From Octopus sinensis (Eukaryota): a stretch of 64,000 nt of DNA. The stretch lies in assembly GCF_006345805.1 (NCBI RefSeq), contig NC_043004.1, forward strand, positions 50,344,001 through 50,408,000, read 5' to 3'. Of the stretch, positions 1 to 11,477 are shown in pieces; position 1 is the first letter of the stretch, and every line of letters begins with the position of its first letter. The notes beneath the pieces are model-generated. The model did no database searches. It saw only the letters and a list, made by a program, of their open reading frames with translations, and had not been told where the DNA came from. The position numbers and the translations under genes are program-made.

Positions 1-461
1 CAATCCGTGAGTTATCAGAGGATGTGCAGATTAGTTACGGTTCAGTTCAATCCATTATCACGGAAGATTTGGGTATGAGACGCGTGTCTACCAACTTTGT
101 GCCAAAACTGCTTTCAGCTGACCAAAATGACTCTCGGGGTTTCAGTTGCACAAGATCTCCTTGATTGTGTCGAGAACGATGAAAACTCATTGAAAACTTT
201 GCGTAGGCCTCTGAGTAGGTATCCCCAAGCTTTTGGCAAAATTCGATGCAGATTCTCTGCTCAACTTTCTCCATCATAGTCAATGCGACGATTACACGTT
301 ACACACGTTACTACAGTAAACAGCGGAAGTATGCTTGAACGTTAAAACTTAGTGCGCATGCACAAAGAATTTTAGGTCAATTTGTGCCAAGTGGCTTCAC
401 TCTGCGTGTTTTAGCTTCGTTACTATGGATACAGTCCGGATATTTATTGATCAAGCCACGT
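1..461. mobile_element. Mariner remnant: internal transposase piece (+) joined to an inverted copy of the element 5' end (-) and a TIR
   Basis: 1-185 (+) reads IRELSEDVQISYGSVQSIITEDLGMRRVSTNFVPKLL. 283-195 (-) reads MMEKVEQRICIEFCQKLGDTYSEAYAK. The TIR-like end tccggatatttattgatcaagccacg is followed by TA. Confidence 0.8.
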
Positions 462-469
462 ATATATAT

Positions 470-598
470 ATGGGCATACGGCCTATTCAAATGTCAAAAG
501 AAACCGTGACAAATGGATCTTCAACTTCACCTGTGGCCTTCTCAGTGCCGTCGCACAGTCACCTGGATTCTGGATTGCTATTCTTCTATATGATGTAG
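470..598. repeat. Truncated copy of a ~165-bp local repeat unit
   Basis: Essentially identical to 1518-1645 (tgggcatacggcctattcaaatg...ctatatgatgtag). Confidence 0.9.
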
Positions 599-599
599 G

Positions 600-797
600 A
601 ACTATGAGGAACTACATTGAGGCAAATATTCTCACTGGTTGTGGTAAACGTGACACCGTCTTCGTTCCTCACATACCAGTTATACCATCTAATGTCCCAT
701 TCAAATTTAAGCCCTTACAGTTTCTTTTGCCATGAACATTAATAAAAGTCAGGGCCAAACACTAAAAGTTGCTGGAATGCAACTTGAAGAACAAACA
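600..797 (+). pseudogene. Helitron PIF1-like helicase C-terminal fragment
   Basis: MRNYIEANILTGCGKRDTVFVPHIPVIPSNVPFKFKPLQF, then after a deletion FAMNINKSQGQTLKVAGMQLEE (helicase motif V region). Confidence 0.85.
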
Positions 798-1494
798 GAA
801 GTTCATATATGAAATCCATCTTTTTTCTACTTCAATTATGACATGTTTTACTCTTATATAATACACATGTAAGGAATATGTGAATATCTCCTCTTGCACT
901 TTTGGGGTGCAAGTTGGTGCAATCACTTTCCGTTGCTTTTATATCCAGACTCTACCAGTCAAAGAAACACAAAACGCAGACGTAAAAAATAGATATACTT
1001 TATTGTTTTATACCGGTGAGAAATCAGTGGTATATCTGATGTCCTTGGTTCTGGGCGCGCAAGGCTGAAAGTTAATCGATTGTAATATTTACAATGTTCA
1101 GCCGCTAAAAACAGAACGGGTCAAAATGGCGTCCGGAGGAAGAAGATGATTTTGACTGCAACAATTCAGGTTAAAAGTCCTCAGCCAAAAGACTGCTGCT
1201 ATCAAAACCGGAGAGAGAGCGAATTAAACGTCTGCTTCTATGAAAAGCCTGCCGCTGTCTGCCGCCGTCTCCGGACGCTAATGGTCAACGCTTTACGCTC
1301 CTTGCCTCTTTGTTAAGGCTCACGCTCCCTTGCCTCTATAAGCTAAGGCCACGTCAGCAAAATTCCCTCCTCCGGACTTCGTGTATTCGCGAGAGAGCGT
1401 TGCGCGCGCGCGCTGTTGTATAGGATCACTACACACACATACAGGACGAGTAAACCTAAATCTGTAGTCGTAGTCTCAACCTGGTTCAGATTCG

Positions 1495-1800
1495 AAACTG
1501 AATCTTTCAGTTCTCCTTGGGCATACGGCCTATTCAAATGTCAAAAGAAACCGTGACAAATGGATCTTCAACTTCACCTGTGGCCTTCTCAGTGCCGTCG
1601 CACAGTCACCTGGATTCTGGATTGCTATTCTTCTATATGATGTAGTTATTCATTCACGCTCAAACTGAATCTTTCAGTTCTCCTTTGGCATACCGCCTAT
1701 TCAAGGAACAGTGATAAATTGATGTCCCACTTGACCTGCAGCCTTTTCAGTGCCATCGAAGTCACCTGGATTCTGTAAAGCTATTCTTCTATATGATATT
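1495..1800. repeat. Two tandem ~165-bp units, the second diverged
   Basis: aactgaatctttcagttctcct recurs at ~1497 and ~1663. Both units end in ...gctattcttctatatgat. Confidence 0.85.
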
Positions 1801-1842
1801 TTTCTAGCTTCTCGGTCCGAGAAACAGTAAAAGTAATTACCC

Positions 1843-2113
1843 GATTGGCTGTGGTAAGAAGCTTGCTTACTAACCATATGCTTCCGGGTTCAGCTTCACT
1901 GCGTGGCACCTTGGGTAAGTGTCTTCTACTATAGCTTCGGGCCGACCAAAGCCCTTGTGAATGGATTTAGTAGACGGAAACTGGAAGAATCCTGTCGTGT
2001 ATATACATGTGTGTGTGTCTTTTTGTCTGTGTTTGTCCCCCAACCATCGCTTGACAACCGATAGAATAAGTACTGGGCTTACAAAGAATAAGTCCTGGGG
2101 TCGATTTGTTCGA
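1843..2113 (+). mobile_element. tRNA-derived SINE, family A (dominant octopus-type SINE), internally deleted and 3'-truncated
   Basis: Head ggctgtggtaagaagcttgct...gggttcagc...cactgcgtggcaccttgggtaagtgtcttctac, then (TG)n, then part of the body. Matches full copies at 21398-21804 and 54658-55054. Confidence 0.85.
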
Positions 2114-2772
2114 GGTCTCACCAAGGAAATGACTTGAGACCGAGACCTATGGAAGTATGCTGTGCGTGAGAAGACCCGGCAAGACTAGTGAGACCATAAC
2201 CTGTGGCTTCTATCTGGTATGTAACCAGTCGACTTATACATACCTTTCCTTCTTGGGACACAAAACTCCACTTGTGAAGACCCGTTGAGGCAAGTGAAAA
2301 TCAAAATCAAAATCAAACCAAATCAAATCAGATATCAGAAAGCAGAACCAAAATCGAAGTCGATCAACATCAATGGAAATTGCAGCTGTGATACCAGTGC
2401 CGGTGACAAGTAAGCGAACCATCCGATCGTGGCCGTTGCCAGCACCGCCCCGACTGGCCTCCGTGCTGGTGGCACGTAAAAAGCACCATCCGTTCGTGGC
2501 CGTTGCCAGCCTCGCCTGGCCCCCGTGCCGGTGGCACGTAAAAAGCACCATCCGTCCGTGGCCGTTTGCCAGCTCCGTCTGGCACCTGTGCGGGTGGCAC
2601 ATAAAAAGCACCCACTACACTCACGGAGTGGTTGGCGTTAGGAAGGGCATCCAGCCGTAGAAACACTGCCAGATCTGACTGGGACTGATGCAGCCTTCTG
2701 GCTTCACAGACCCCAGTTGAACCGTCCAACCCATGCTAGCATGGAAAGCGGACGCTAAATGATGATGATGAT
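2114..2772 (+). mobile_element. RTE-clade LINE 3' end with 3'UTR and (GAT)n tail
   Basis: C-terminus GLTKEMT*DRDLWKYAVREKTRQD*. Three ~63-bp repeats contain tggcacgtaaaaagcacc. Tail gagtggttggcgttaggaagggcatccagcc...gatgatgatgat. Confidence 0.8.
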
Positions 2773-3345
2773 ATATATATATGTACAAAGAGAGAGAGAG
2801 AGAGAGAGATGTATACATATATATATATATATACACAAAAATGCACACACACACACACACACACACACATTCATATATATATAAAACACATGTATATAAT
2901 GTGTATGTATGTATGTATGTATGTATGTATGTATGTATGTATGTATGTATGTGCTTGCATATTGCATGTTAGATATATATATATATTATATATATATTAC
3001 TGTCTGTAACATTTTAAGTTAGAATTATGGAACAAAATCGAAGTTACAATCTCTGACAAATACAACATATATATTATTTATATCATTTGTAAGACAATTA
3101 TCAGATAACTGAAGTGCGATATATATGATACTGACATACATATTCATACACATACGCGCGCACACGCACAGTCACGCGCGCACACACCCACCCACACACA
3201 CATGCACACACGCACATACACACACACATATATACAAGTATATATATTTATATGTATATACATATGTGTGTATATGCATATATGTACATATACATACATG
3301 GATACATACATACGTGTATACACATATATATATATATACTAAGTA
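2773..3345. repeat. Compound microsatellites (TA)n, (GA)n, (CA)n, (TATG)n; similar tracts occur throughout the window
   Basis: Directly visible. Such tracts generate many of the YIYI/CVCV/HTHT ORFs in the track. Confidence 0.95.
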
Positions 3346-3560
3346 ATTAAGGGTTTAGCAACGATTTGCCTCACCACACACCGGTGTGTGGTGAGGCAAA
3401 TCGTTCACACACCATTGTGTGTGGTGAGGCAAATCGTTGCTAAACCCTTAATTACTTAGTATTACTTAAACCTTCCTTGAATGGGGCTTTTACATGCCGA
3501 ACTCTACTTGGTGAAATTAATGATTATTTCTAAATTAATTAATTTCACCCTTTATTATTG
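3337..3560. repeat. Fold-back inverted repeat at a probable PLE terminal fragment
   Basis: 45-bp inverted arms at 3337-3381 and 3417-3461. The arms and the downstream aattaattaatttcaccctttatt are homologous to 53420-53840. Confidence 0.7.
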
Positions 3561-3565
3561 ATAAT

Positions 3566-3614
<49 letters not shown>

Positions 3615-3649
3615 TTATGTATATATGTATGTATGTATGTATGCATGTT

Positions 3650-4117
3650 CTCTTCTAGTTTTAAGTATTTGAAATCTCCCTGTAAGGAAGGATGTGGAGT
3701 CCAACACAGGTACTTAGCTCAGTCGTTGGAAGGTATATAACAAAAATAATTTCACATTTTGAACTTGAGAAAAATCTTGCATATTTTTACTGTTCTGCTG
3801 GCAGATAGTATTTGTAGTGTGCGAGTTTGTTGGTTGATTTCTTTTTCTGAAAAGCTTAGCTTATCCGGATCGTAACTCACAAAACCAAGAAACCAATTTT
3901 TAGTATAAATGTGGATTTATAATCTAGATTTAGAAGCAGTTGTTCGTAGTTTTCCTCTTTCCCTTTGATTTTCGAAGATATTCACATTAGCAGGGCAGCT
4001 GACCTCTATGGTGGCATGTAAACTTTTCTTGATTGTCCCAACATCAGGATCCGGCCTGGTCTGTTCACACTAGATAGAATTGATTGGAATGCTCCAGCAG
4101 TATTCATTTTGTTGACG

Positions 4118-4118
<1 letters not shown>
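3650..4118 (-). mobile_element. 3' fragment of an RLE-type (restriction-like endonuclease) non-LTR retrotransposon, R4/HERO/NeSL-like
   Basis: Minus strand with stops and frameshifts: NEYCWSIPINSI*CEQTRPD...IEVSCPANVNIF...SFSEKEINQQTRTLQILSASRTVKICKIFLKFKM*. This matches the RPD..(I)EVSCP RLE signature. Confidence 0.7.
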
Positions 4119-4177
<59 letters not shown>

Positions 4178-4178
<1 letters not shown>

Positions 4179-5105
4179 GAATATAAACAAAGGGTAGTAA
4201 TATTATTTACTACCAGGTACCCAGCACAAAAGACGAATTAGTCATAAGACAAAAATATTATTCATATAGAAAAATATTATTCATGTAGTTATACAATTAA
4301 GGGCTCCTAAATTAAGATGCCGAGTGCTGGGAACACAAAAAGGGGATGAATTTATCGAGAGTGAAAATCAAAAACGTTTACCGATAACTTTAACAACTCA
4401 AACCGCACGGTTTCTGCTTCTTTCTAGCAAAACACAGAATATGTTTGCTAAGGCTAGCTTCGTCAGCGAGTCGCCTAGATTGAATCGAGGTCTGCAGCGA
4501 TGTGGGACCATGTGTTGATCTCGACTACTAGCAGATCTTAACTTTTCAAATCTCTGCGCAGACGCAAAACTTACACGGCAGTATAGGGCATGCCGGGAAG
4601 AATTTTACGAATAAATCCATCATGTAATATGCGAATATAAACAAGAAGGGTAGTAATATTATTTACTACCAGGTACCCAGCACAAAAGACGAATTAGTCA
4701 TAAGACAAAAATATTATTCATATAGAAAAATATTATTCATGTAGTTATACAATTAAGATGCCGAGTGCTGGGAACACAAAAAGGGGATGAATTTATCGAG
4801 AGTGAAAATCAAAAACGTTTACCGATAACTTTAACAACTCGAACCGCACGGTTTCTGCTTCTTTCTAGCAAAACACAGAATATGTTTGCTAAGGCTAGCT
4901 TCGTCAGCGAGTCGCCTAGATTGAATCGAGGTCTGCAGCGGTGTGGGACCATGTGTTGATCTCGACTACTAGCAGATCTTAACTTTTCAAATCTCTGCGC
5001 AGACGCAAAACTTACACGGCAGTATAGGGCATGCCGGAAGAATTTTACGAATAAATCCATCATGTAATATGCGAATATAAACAAGAAGGGTAGTAATATT
5101 ATTTA
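4178..5105. repeat. Direct tandem duplication (454 + 440 bp + partial third unit), probable PLE pseudo-LTR tandem
   Basis: cgaatataaacaa recurs at 4178, 4632 and 5072, with near-identical units. A defective HHR-like motif lies on the minus strand of each unit. Confidence 0.85.
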
Positions 5106-5113
5106 TATATATA

Positions 5114-5156
<43 letters not shown>

Positions 5157-5295
5157 ATATATATATAGCACCAGGTGGTGCTATTATATATAGCTGGTGC
5201 TATTATATATAGCTGGTGCTATATATATATATAGCACCAGGTGGTGCTATTAAGTTAGACATGGCCTGGGCCAATAATGGCCGAAACCTATCAAA

Positions 5296-5350
<55 letters not shown>

Positions 5351-5405
5351 TTATATATATATATATATATTCAATAATAGATGCTTCTTTATATTTATCC
5401 CGGGT

Positions 5406-5785
5406 ACTCTTTACTCTTTACTCTTTTACTTGTTTCAGTCCTTTGACTGCGGCCATGCTGGAGCACCGCCTTTAATCGAGCAACTCGACCCCGGGACTTA
5501 TTCTTTTTTCTAAGCCCAGTACTTATTCTATCGGTCTCTTTTGCCGAACCGCTAAGTTACGGGGACATAAACACACCAGAATCGGTTGTCAAGCAATGCT
5601 AGGGGAACAAACACAGACACACAAACACACACGCATATATACATATACATATATACGACGGGCTTCTTTCAGTTTCCGTCTACCAAATCCACTCACAAGG
5701 CTTTGGTCGTCCCGAGGCTATAGTAGAAGACACTTTCCCAAGGTGCCACGCAGTGGGACTGAACCCGGAACCGTGTGGTTGGTAG
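5406..5785 (-). mobile_element. SINE family A
   Basis: tactctt tail repeats, ttgtttcagtc...gactgcggccatgctggagcaccgcc body and reverse-complemented tRNA-like head. Confidence 0.9.
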
Positions 5786-6198
5786 TTATTTTTTCAGATG
5801 CTATTGTATATTGTCTTAGCGACAATGTCGTGTCACATTGGAAGTAGTATCTTGAAGACATTATTGTGAAGCTGCGGATCACCAGTATGATATCTTCTAC
5901 AAAAATGTGACATAATCTACATATTCATTACAACTTGGGACACCAAGGGTTTCTGTGTTTTTTTGGGGGTTTTTTTTCATGTATGTATGTATGTATGCAT
6001 TGAAAAATTGCTATTTTGAATGAGGTTGGATAAGACATCAATGTAAATTCACGTCTATCTGAAATTCAATCAAGATAGACGTGAATTAAGCCTTATTTGT
6101 TCTCTGATTTTCTTTTGATATTATATACATTTGAATAATTTACAGAGTGCACATCCGAGTGCAGAACAAAACAGAAGATCTAGTTAAACAATTTATTA

Positions 6199-6272
6199 CT
6201 AGCAGAGATACCCGGCGTTGCCCGGTTACATTCAATAGAAGAATTAGACTTTTCTGTTATATATATATATGG

Positions 6273-6317
<45 letters not shown>

Positions 6318-8090
6318 TATATGTATATTAATATAAATACATGAAAGTACATGAAGTTTGTTAAAAAAAGGGGATCATGTATATACCTCCTGGCTGTTGA
6401 GATTATAACACCTCGTTGTAAATAATGTTCCTTGTTTTTCCTTGTGGAGCATATACAAAAAGGTTTCTTTTGGTTCCTACTCTTGAACAGTTGCCTATGC
6501 GAGAAGCAGGGCTCTTCCAAGAGAAGATCAGCTACAGAGAGGGTTTGATCCTGAGATTTGTTAATGGACATGGCAAAGCTGACACGAAGGGGGAATTGCA
6601 GTCTTCTGAATGTAAATGGAATTTCTGTTCCTGGTGGAGTAAGAGGAAATCTTGGAATAAAGACGTTATCACCTTTTCCACATCCAGAAAGAATGATCAC
6701 CTCGATAACGTGTAATATCATTTTCTTTATCACCAGTCGTGTTACATTGCAAAGTCTTGGTGGTTCCAGATTGCGGAGTAGCATTACAGGAGTTCCAACT
6801 TTAAGTGGTAATATGTGTAGAGGTAGTCGAGGAGGGTTCCAGTGAATTGAGAAATTCAGGAGGATAGTTCACAACTTCATTTATATCTGGAATTATATCA
6901 ATAGACTTGTAAGTGTGTATAGTGCCGGGAAGAGAATGCATTAGCTGTTGATTAATTTTGTTAACAGCGACGTTTTTTGGAGCTAATATTGCTCTTTCAC
7001 ACAGTCAATTGTGATTTTGGTAGTTTTGCGTGAAGTTGGGAAATACTTTGTTTTTGAGGTCATCTACAGGATTAACAACAGAGGAAAATGACCACACTTC
7101 CATTTGTACTGCAGCATCGAGAGGCATCTTGCCTTCACCAAGTGTCAAAATGTCCTGTGCAAACTTTGTGGACATTTTGTTGCCGTGTAGCTGAGCTCTC
7201 ATGTTAGTGGTAAGACTAAAGATTGTAACATGATGCCACAGGGTAGAGGACTTTAGGCATACTTGAACTTCATCTGCTCTTGTGCCTTTCGGAATGACAA
7301 GAGTTTGCCTGAAATCACCTGACAACAGAAGCGTTACACCTCCCATTGGAGCCTGACAGTCTCGGATGTCTTTCAGGGCTCTATCTAATGCTTCCAAAGC
7401 TCCCTTGTGTGCCATAGTGCACTCATCCTAGACAATTAGATGACACATTTTAAGTACTTGTCCCTGATCTGAGCTTTTGTTGATGTTGCATGAAGGCATT
7501 TCGGATGCTGCTAAATTGAGAGGGAGTTTAAAAGTTGAGTGTGCTGTCCTGCCACCGGGTAACAAAGTAGCTGCAATGCCAGAGGAGGCTACAGCTACTG
7601 CAATGTCCTGATGCTACCTAACTTCTGCAAGGAGAAGCTTTGTAATAAATGTTTTTCCTGTCCCTCCAGGAGCATCGAGGAAGAAGATTCGTCCCTCGCG
7701 TTGGCGTACACTGTTAAGAATAGTTCTGTAGGCCTGCAGCTGGTCCGGAAGTAATTTAGGCTCATTTTCAACAATGTACTTTGAAAGCGCTCGAGTGTGG
7801 TAGGTTGTTTCACGAATGACAGCAGTGGGAAGGCTATTTGACCCTGACCTGAATGCTTGTGGCAGGCCATACGTCGACAATTCATTTCCACCCAGTTTAG
7901 CAATTCTGTCTTCAACGTCAATGAGTGTTTTGTTATAGATTTCATTGCTGATACCTTCTATGTCAGGATAGAGCAGTTGAGCTTGGCGCTGAAGGGGACA
8001 ATGTTTTTGAGATTCTGGTTCGAATGTAAGGCAGGTTTGAAAGTGTTCCCAACAGTTATTAGTTGTAGTGGTAGAGTGTTTATGCCGAAT
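6199..8090 (-). mobile_element. Helitron, 5'-truncated, with a decayed PIF1-like helicase and an intact 3' terminus
   Basis: Walker A FFLDAPGGTGKT, motifs LLLSGDFRQTL, MLLRNLEPPRLCN and FAMSINKSQ. 3' hairpin ccgggcaacgccggg then CTAG (reverse complement of 6199-6225). Interrupted by stops and frameshifts. Confidence 0.92.
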
Positions 8091-8140
8091 ATGTACGTAT
8101 GCATGTATATATATATATGTATGTATGCCTGTATATATGT

Positions 8141-8277
8141 ACAAAATCCACTGAGAAGGCTTTTGTTGGTCTGAAGCTACAGCAGAAGACACATGCCAAG
8201 TCACCACACAGTGGGACTGAACCCAGGACCATGTGTTTGGAACGTAGTTTGTTACCACACAGCCACACCTGCCCCTA
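8141..8277 (-). mobile_element. SINE family A head only
   Basis: ...agtgggactgaacccaggaccatgtg...ccacacagccacacctgccc. Confidence 0.75.
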
Positions 8278-8896
8278 TGTATGTGTGTGTGTGTGTGTGT
8301 GCGTATGTGTGTATGGGTAGATATATTATGCATGTATATATGTGTATATATATGTGTACATATTACATGTACATCTATATATATACATCTACACATAAAA
8401 TACAAAATACAAAGTTATATCTTGATATCGCTAGTGATAACAATACTCAAAATATATAACAGACTGGAATTGTAGGCCCGTCTCTCGCAATTTCGATCAA
8501 TTGGATCTTGTTCTCCCTCTTGTATAGAAGTGTACGGCTGCAGCGAAATTCATTTTTGGACTTTCTTCTATCGAAGGCATTTTAACAAAAATGCTTCCGT
8601 AAAGACGGTGAAAATAATGTCAATTTCCCTAAACAGGGACACAATTCAATTTTTAAACAATAACCAAAGCCCCTTCTCCGAAAGGGGGAGGGTTACGGTT
8701 TACAATTATTTAACAAATGCAACACACAACAACGTTTCCCTGACGAGGAACCAACAAACGTGATTACAATAGTCAAACAGTAATAATAATAGCAACAAAC
8801 CTTTTTAATTTATCCCCATTTATGTGAAACCACATATTCAAGTTCAAGTCATTGATGCAATTTTATACGAATTGCTAATACACACACACACACATA

Positions 8897-8944
<48 letters not shown>

Positions 8945-9449
8945 AAGGGTGAAAAATTGAATATTAATTTGATTAATATGAATTGAAAACCAGTGGTGTA
9001 GCATATAAGACCATAGCGGATGTTCCTCTAGCAAAAAGGATGACCAGTATTAATGGCTCATCCCTGTTATATAATACTTTCACTTTAATAGTTTCACACT
9101 TGCAAAGAGAAAGTAGGAGAAAGTGTGATGGTAATAGCAGGAGTAAACCACTTGAAATGAGAGAGGCAAATCGTAAAATATTGAGTTTTCTCGAATTTTT
9201 GCTTAATTGAGGGTCAAATTGAAAAAAACTTTATATGCCATGACCCAATCGAATCTACTTAGAAAAATCATAGGTAAATTCCAATTGAAGAAATTCTATA
9301 TTGTAGAATTGTATTAAAAAGAAACATGGGAACAGGCAGAGAAAATCTGCCTTTTATCATAAGATATATATATATATAGATATATATATATATATAATAT
9401 ATATATATATATATAGATATGTATATATATTATATATATATATATATAG

Positions 9450-9482
<33 letters not shown>

Positions 9483-9589
9483 ATATATATTATATATTAT
9501 ATATATATATATATATAATATATTCACACATATATATATGCATACATACATATATATATGTGTGTGCATGTGGGTGGGTGTGTTTTCAT

Positions 9590-9938
9590 TCTTTTACTTG
9601 TCTCAGTAATTTGACTGCGGCTATGCTGGAGCACCACCTTGAAGGTTTTTTTAGTTGAACAAATCGACTCCAGGACTTATTTTTTAAGCCTAGTACTTAT
9701 TTTATCGTCCTCTTTTCCCGAACCACTAGATTACACGGACATAAACAGACCAACACCGGTTGTCAAGCGGTGATATATATCATATATACGATGGGCTTCT
9801 TTCAGTTTCTCTCTACCAAATCCACTCACACAGCTTTAGTCGGTCCGGGGCTATAGAAGACACTTTCCCTAGGTGCTACGCAATGGGACTGAACCCGGAA
9901 GCATGTGATTGAGAAGGAAGCTTGTTACCACACAGCTA
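9590..9938 (-). mobile_element. SINE family A, diverged
   Basis: Same body and head as the other family A copies. Confidence 0.85.
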
Positions 9939-9983
9939 CGCACACATGCATCTCTCTCTCTCTCTATGTATGTATGTGTATAT

Positions 9984-10037
<54 letters not shown>

Positions 10038-10300
10038 CGGTAAAATAAGAATTCAGATAGAATCAGGTACTTGAAAAGATATGCACCAGGTAGGTTTCTT
10101 TTGTTTGTAAAATTACGTTTCATCTGATGATTACGGTTTTTTGTAATGAAGTAAAGTTCTCATTTTTCTATTAAAAAATACGTAAGAAACAGCCGTAATG
10201 AGCTGACAATTATCTATCGTCTGTTATTATTCATATGATTATATGTGCGCGCGCGCATGTCTGTCTGTTTGTTTGTGTGTGTGTGTGCCTGGCCGAGAAA

Positions 10301-10523
10301 TATTTCTTTACTGCCCACAAGGGGCTAAACATAGAGCGGACAAACAAGGACAGACAAACGGAGTAAGTCGATTACATCGACCCCAGTGCGAAACTGGTAC
10401 TTAATTTATCGACCCCGAAAGGATGAAAGGTAAAGTCGACCTCGGCGGAATTTGAACTCAGAACGTAACAACAGACGAAATACCGCTAAGCATTTCGCCC
10501 GGCGTGCTAACGTTTCTGCCAGC
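10301..10523 (-). mobile_element. tRNA-derived SINE, family B (central domain resembles the Meta-SINE core)
   Basis: Minus strand has A-box tggcagaaacgttagca, B-box gagttcaaattc, then gccgaggtcgactttacctttcatcctttcggggtcgataaattaagtaccag. Confidence 0.85.
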
Positions 10524-11423
10524 CCCCAGCACCCAGGCATTTACCTGAATAGCAGAAATGAAATTTTTAATCCTTGCCCATATGAAACGAAATACATCTT
10601 ATCATACCTGCGTGCCTCATCATGACTATAATCACCAGTCCCCCAACTTCGGTCCTCCACCACTACTCGAGAGTCCGGCAAAGAGTTTGACCAGAACATG
10701 CACTAACGCACCCACAAACAAACACACACGCCCCAGCACGGCGGACACCCACCCAATAGACTTTTTTTTCACCCGTACCCCCAATATAAGCGCCCACACC
10801 TATTGTACCCCTGCACACACTGCATGCATACACAAATGTCCCACGAATTTAACCAAAATATAAAAGAAAGGAAACACGCTAACGTACATAGATGTGTGTG
10901 CGTACGCACATGAAATTTTTTCCCCGTGCGAGTTCCGAACCCCAGTAATGAACTCATTTGCATACAGCCAATCCTTTAAACCTCTGTAACTTTTTAAATT
11001 CATTTTTCTGGGGAAAATGAAATAACTCCAGCAATTCAGTTTGGGCAAGTGTGTTATTGTACCAGCGCCGGAGTAACCACTGAACATGGAAGGATCAACA
11101 CCAAGAAGGAAGAAATACCATTTACATATATTTATTCGCTTGCCCGACAGGTAGTTAAAGAGACAGTAGTGCTTGTAATGATCGCGAAATTTTTTCCATA
11201 GTGACAAAAAGGTTGCTGTCTGCCAGTAGAGAGGGGGAAAAGTAAGGAATGCACGGTGCTGACTAGAAAGGAAGAAATGACAAAGCATAAATGAACTGAG
11301 AAAGAAAGAGTGTAGCAGAATGAAAAATGCGGTTGCAGAATCCTAGAATATTCTTAAATATTGAACTTGGGAAGGTACAGAACAAGCAATAATTAAGTCT
11401 GGAAAAGTACAGGACAAGAAGAA

Positions 11424-11471
<48 letters not shown>

Positions 11472-11477
11472 CATATT

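Noticed and set aside
10110-10155. ctgatgattac...gtaatgaag hammerhead-like string; similar partials at 8740, 29547, 50455 and 51645
   Set aside because: The GAAA, stem III or stem I elements are missing, so a ribozyme cannot be supported.
10800-11288. 162-aa minus-strand ORF
   Set aside because: No recognisable domain or splice context, and it ends in simple repeats.
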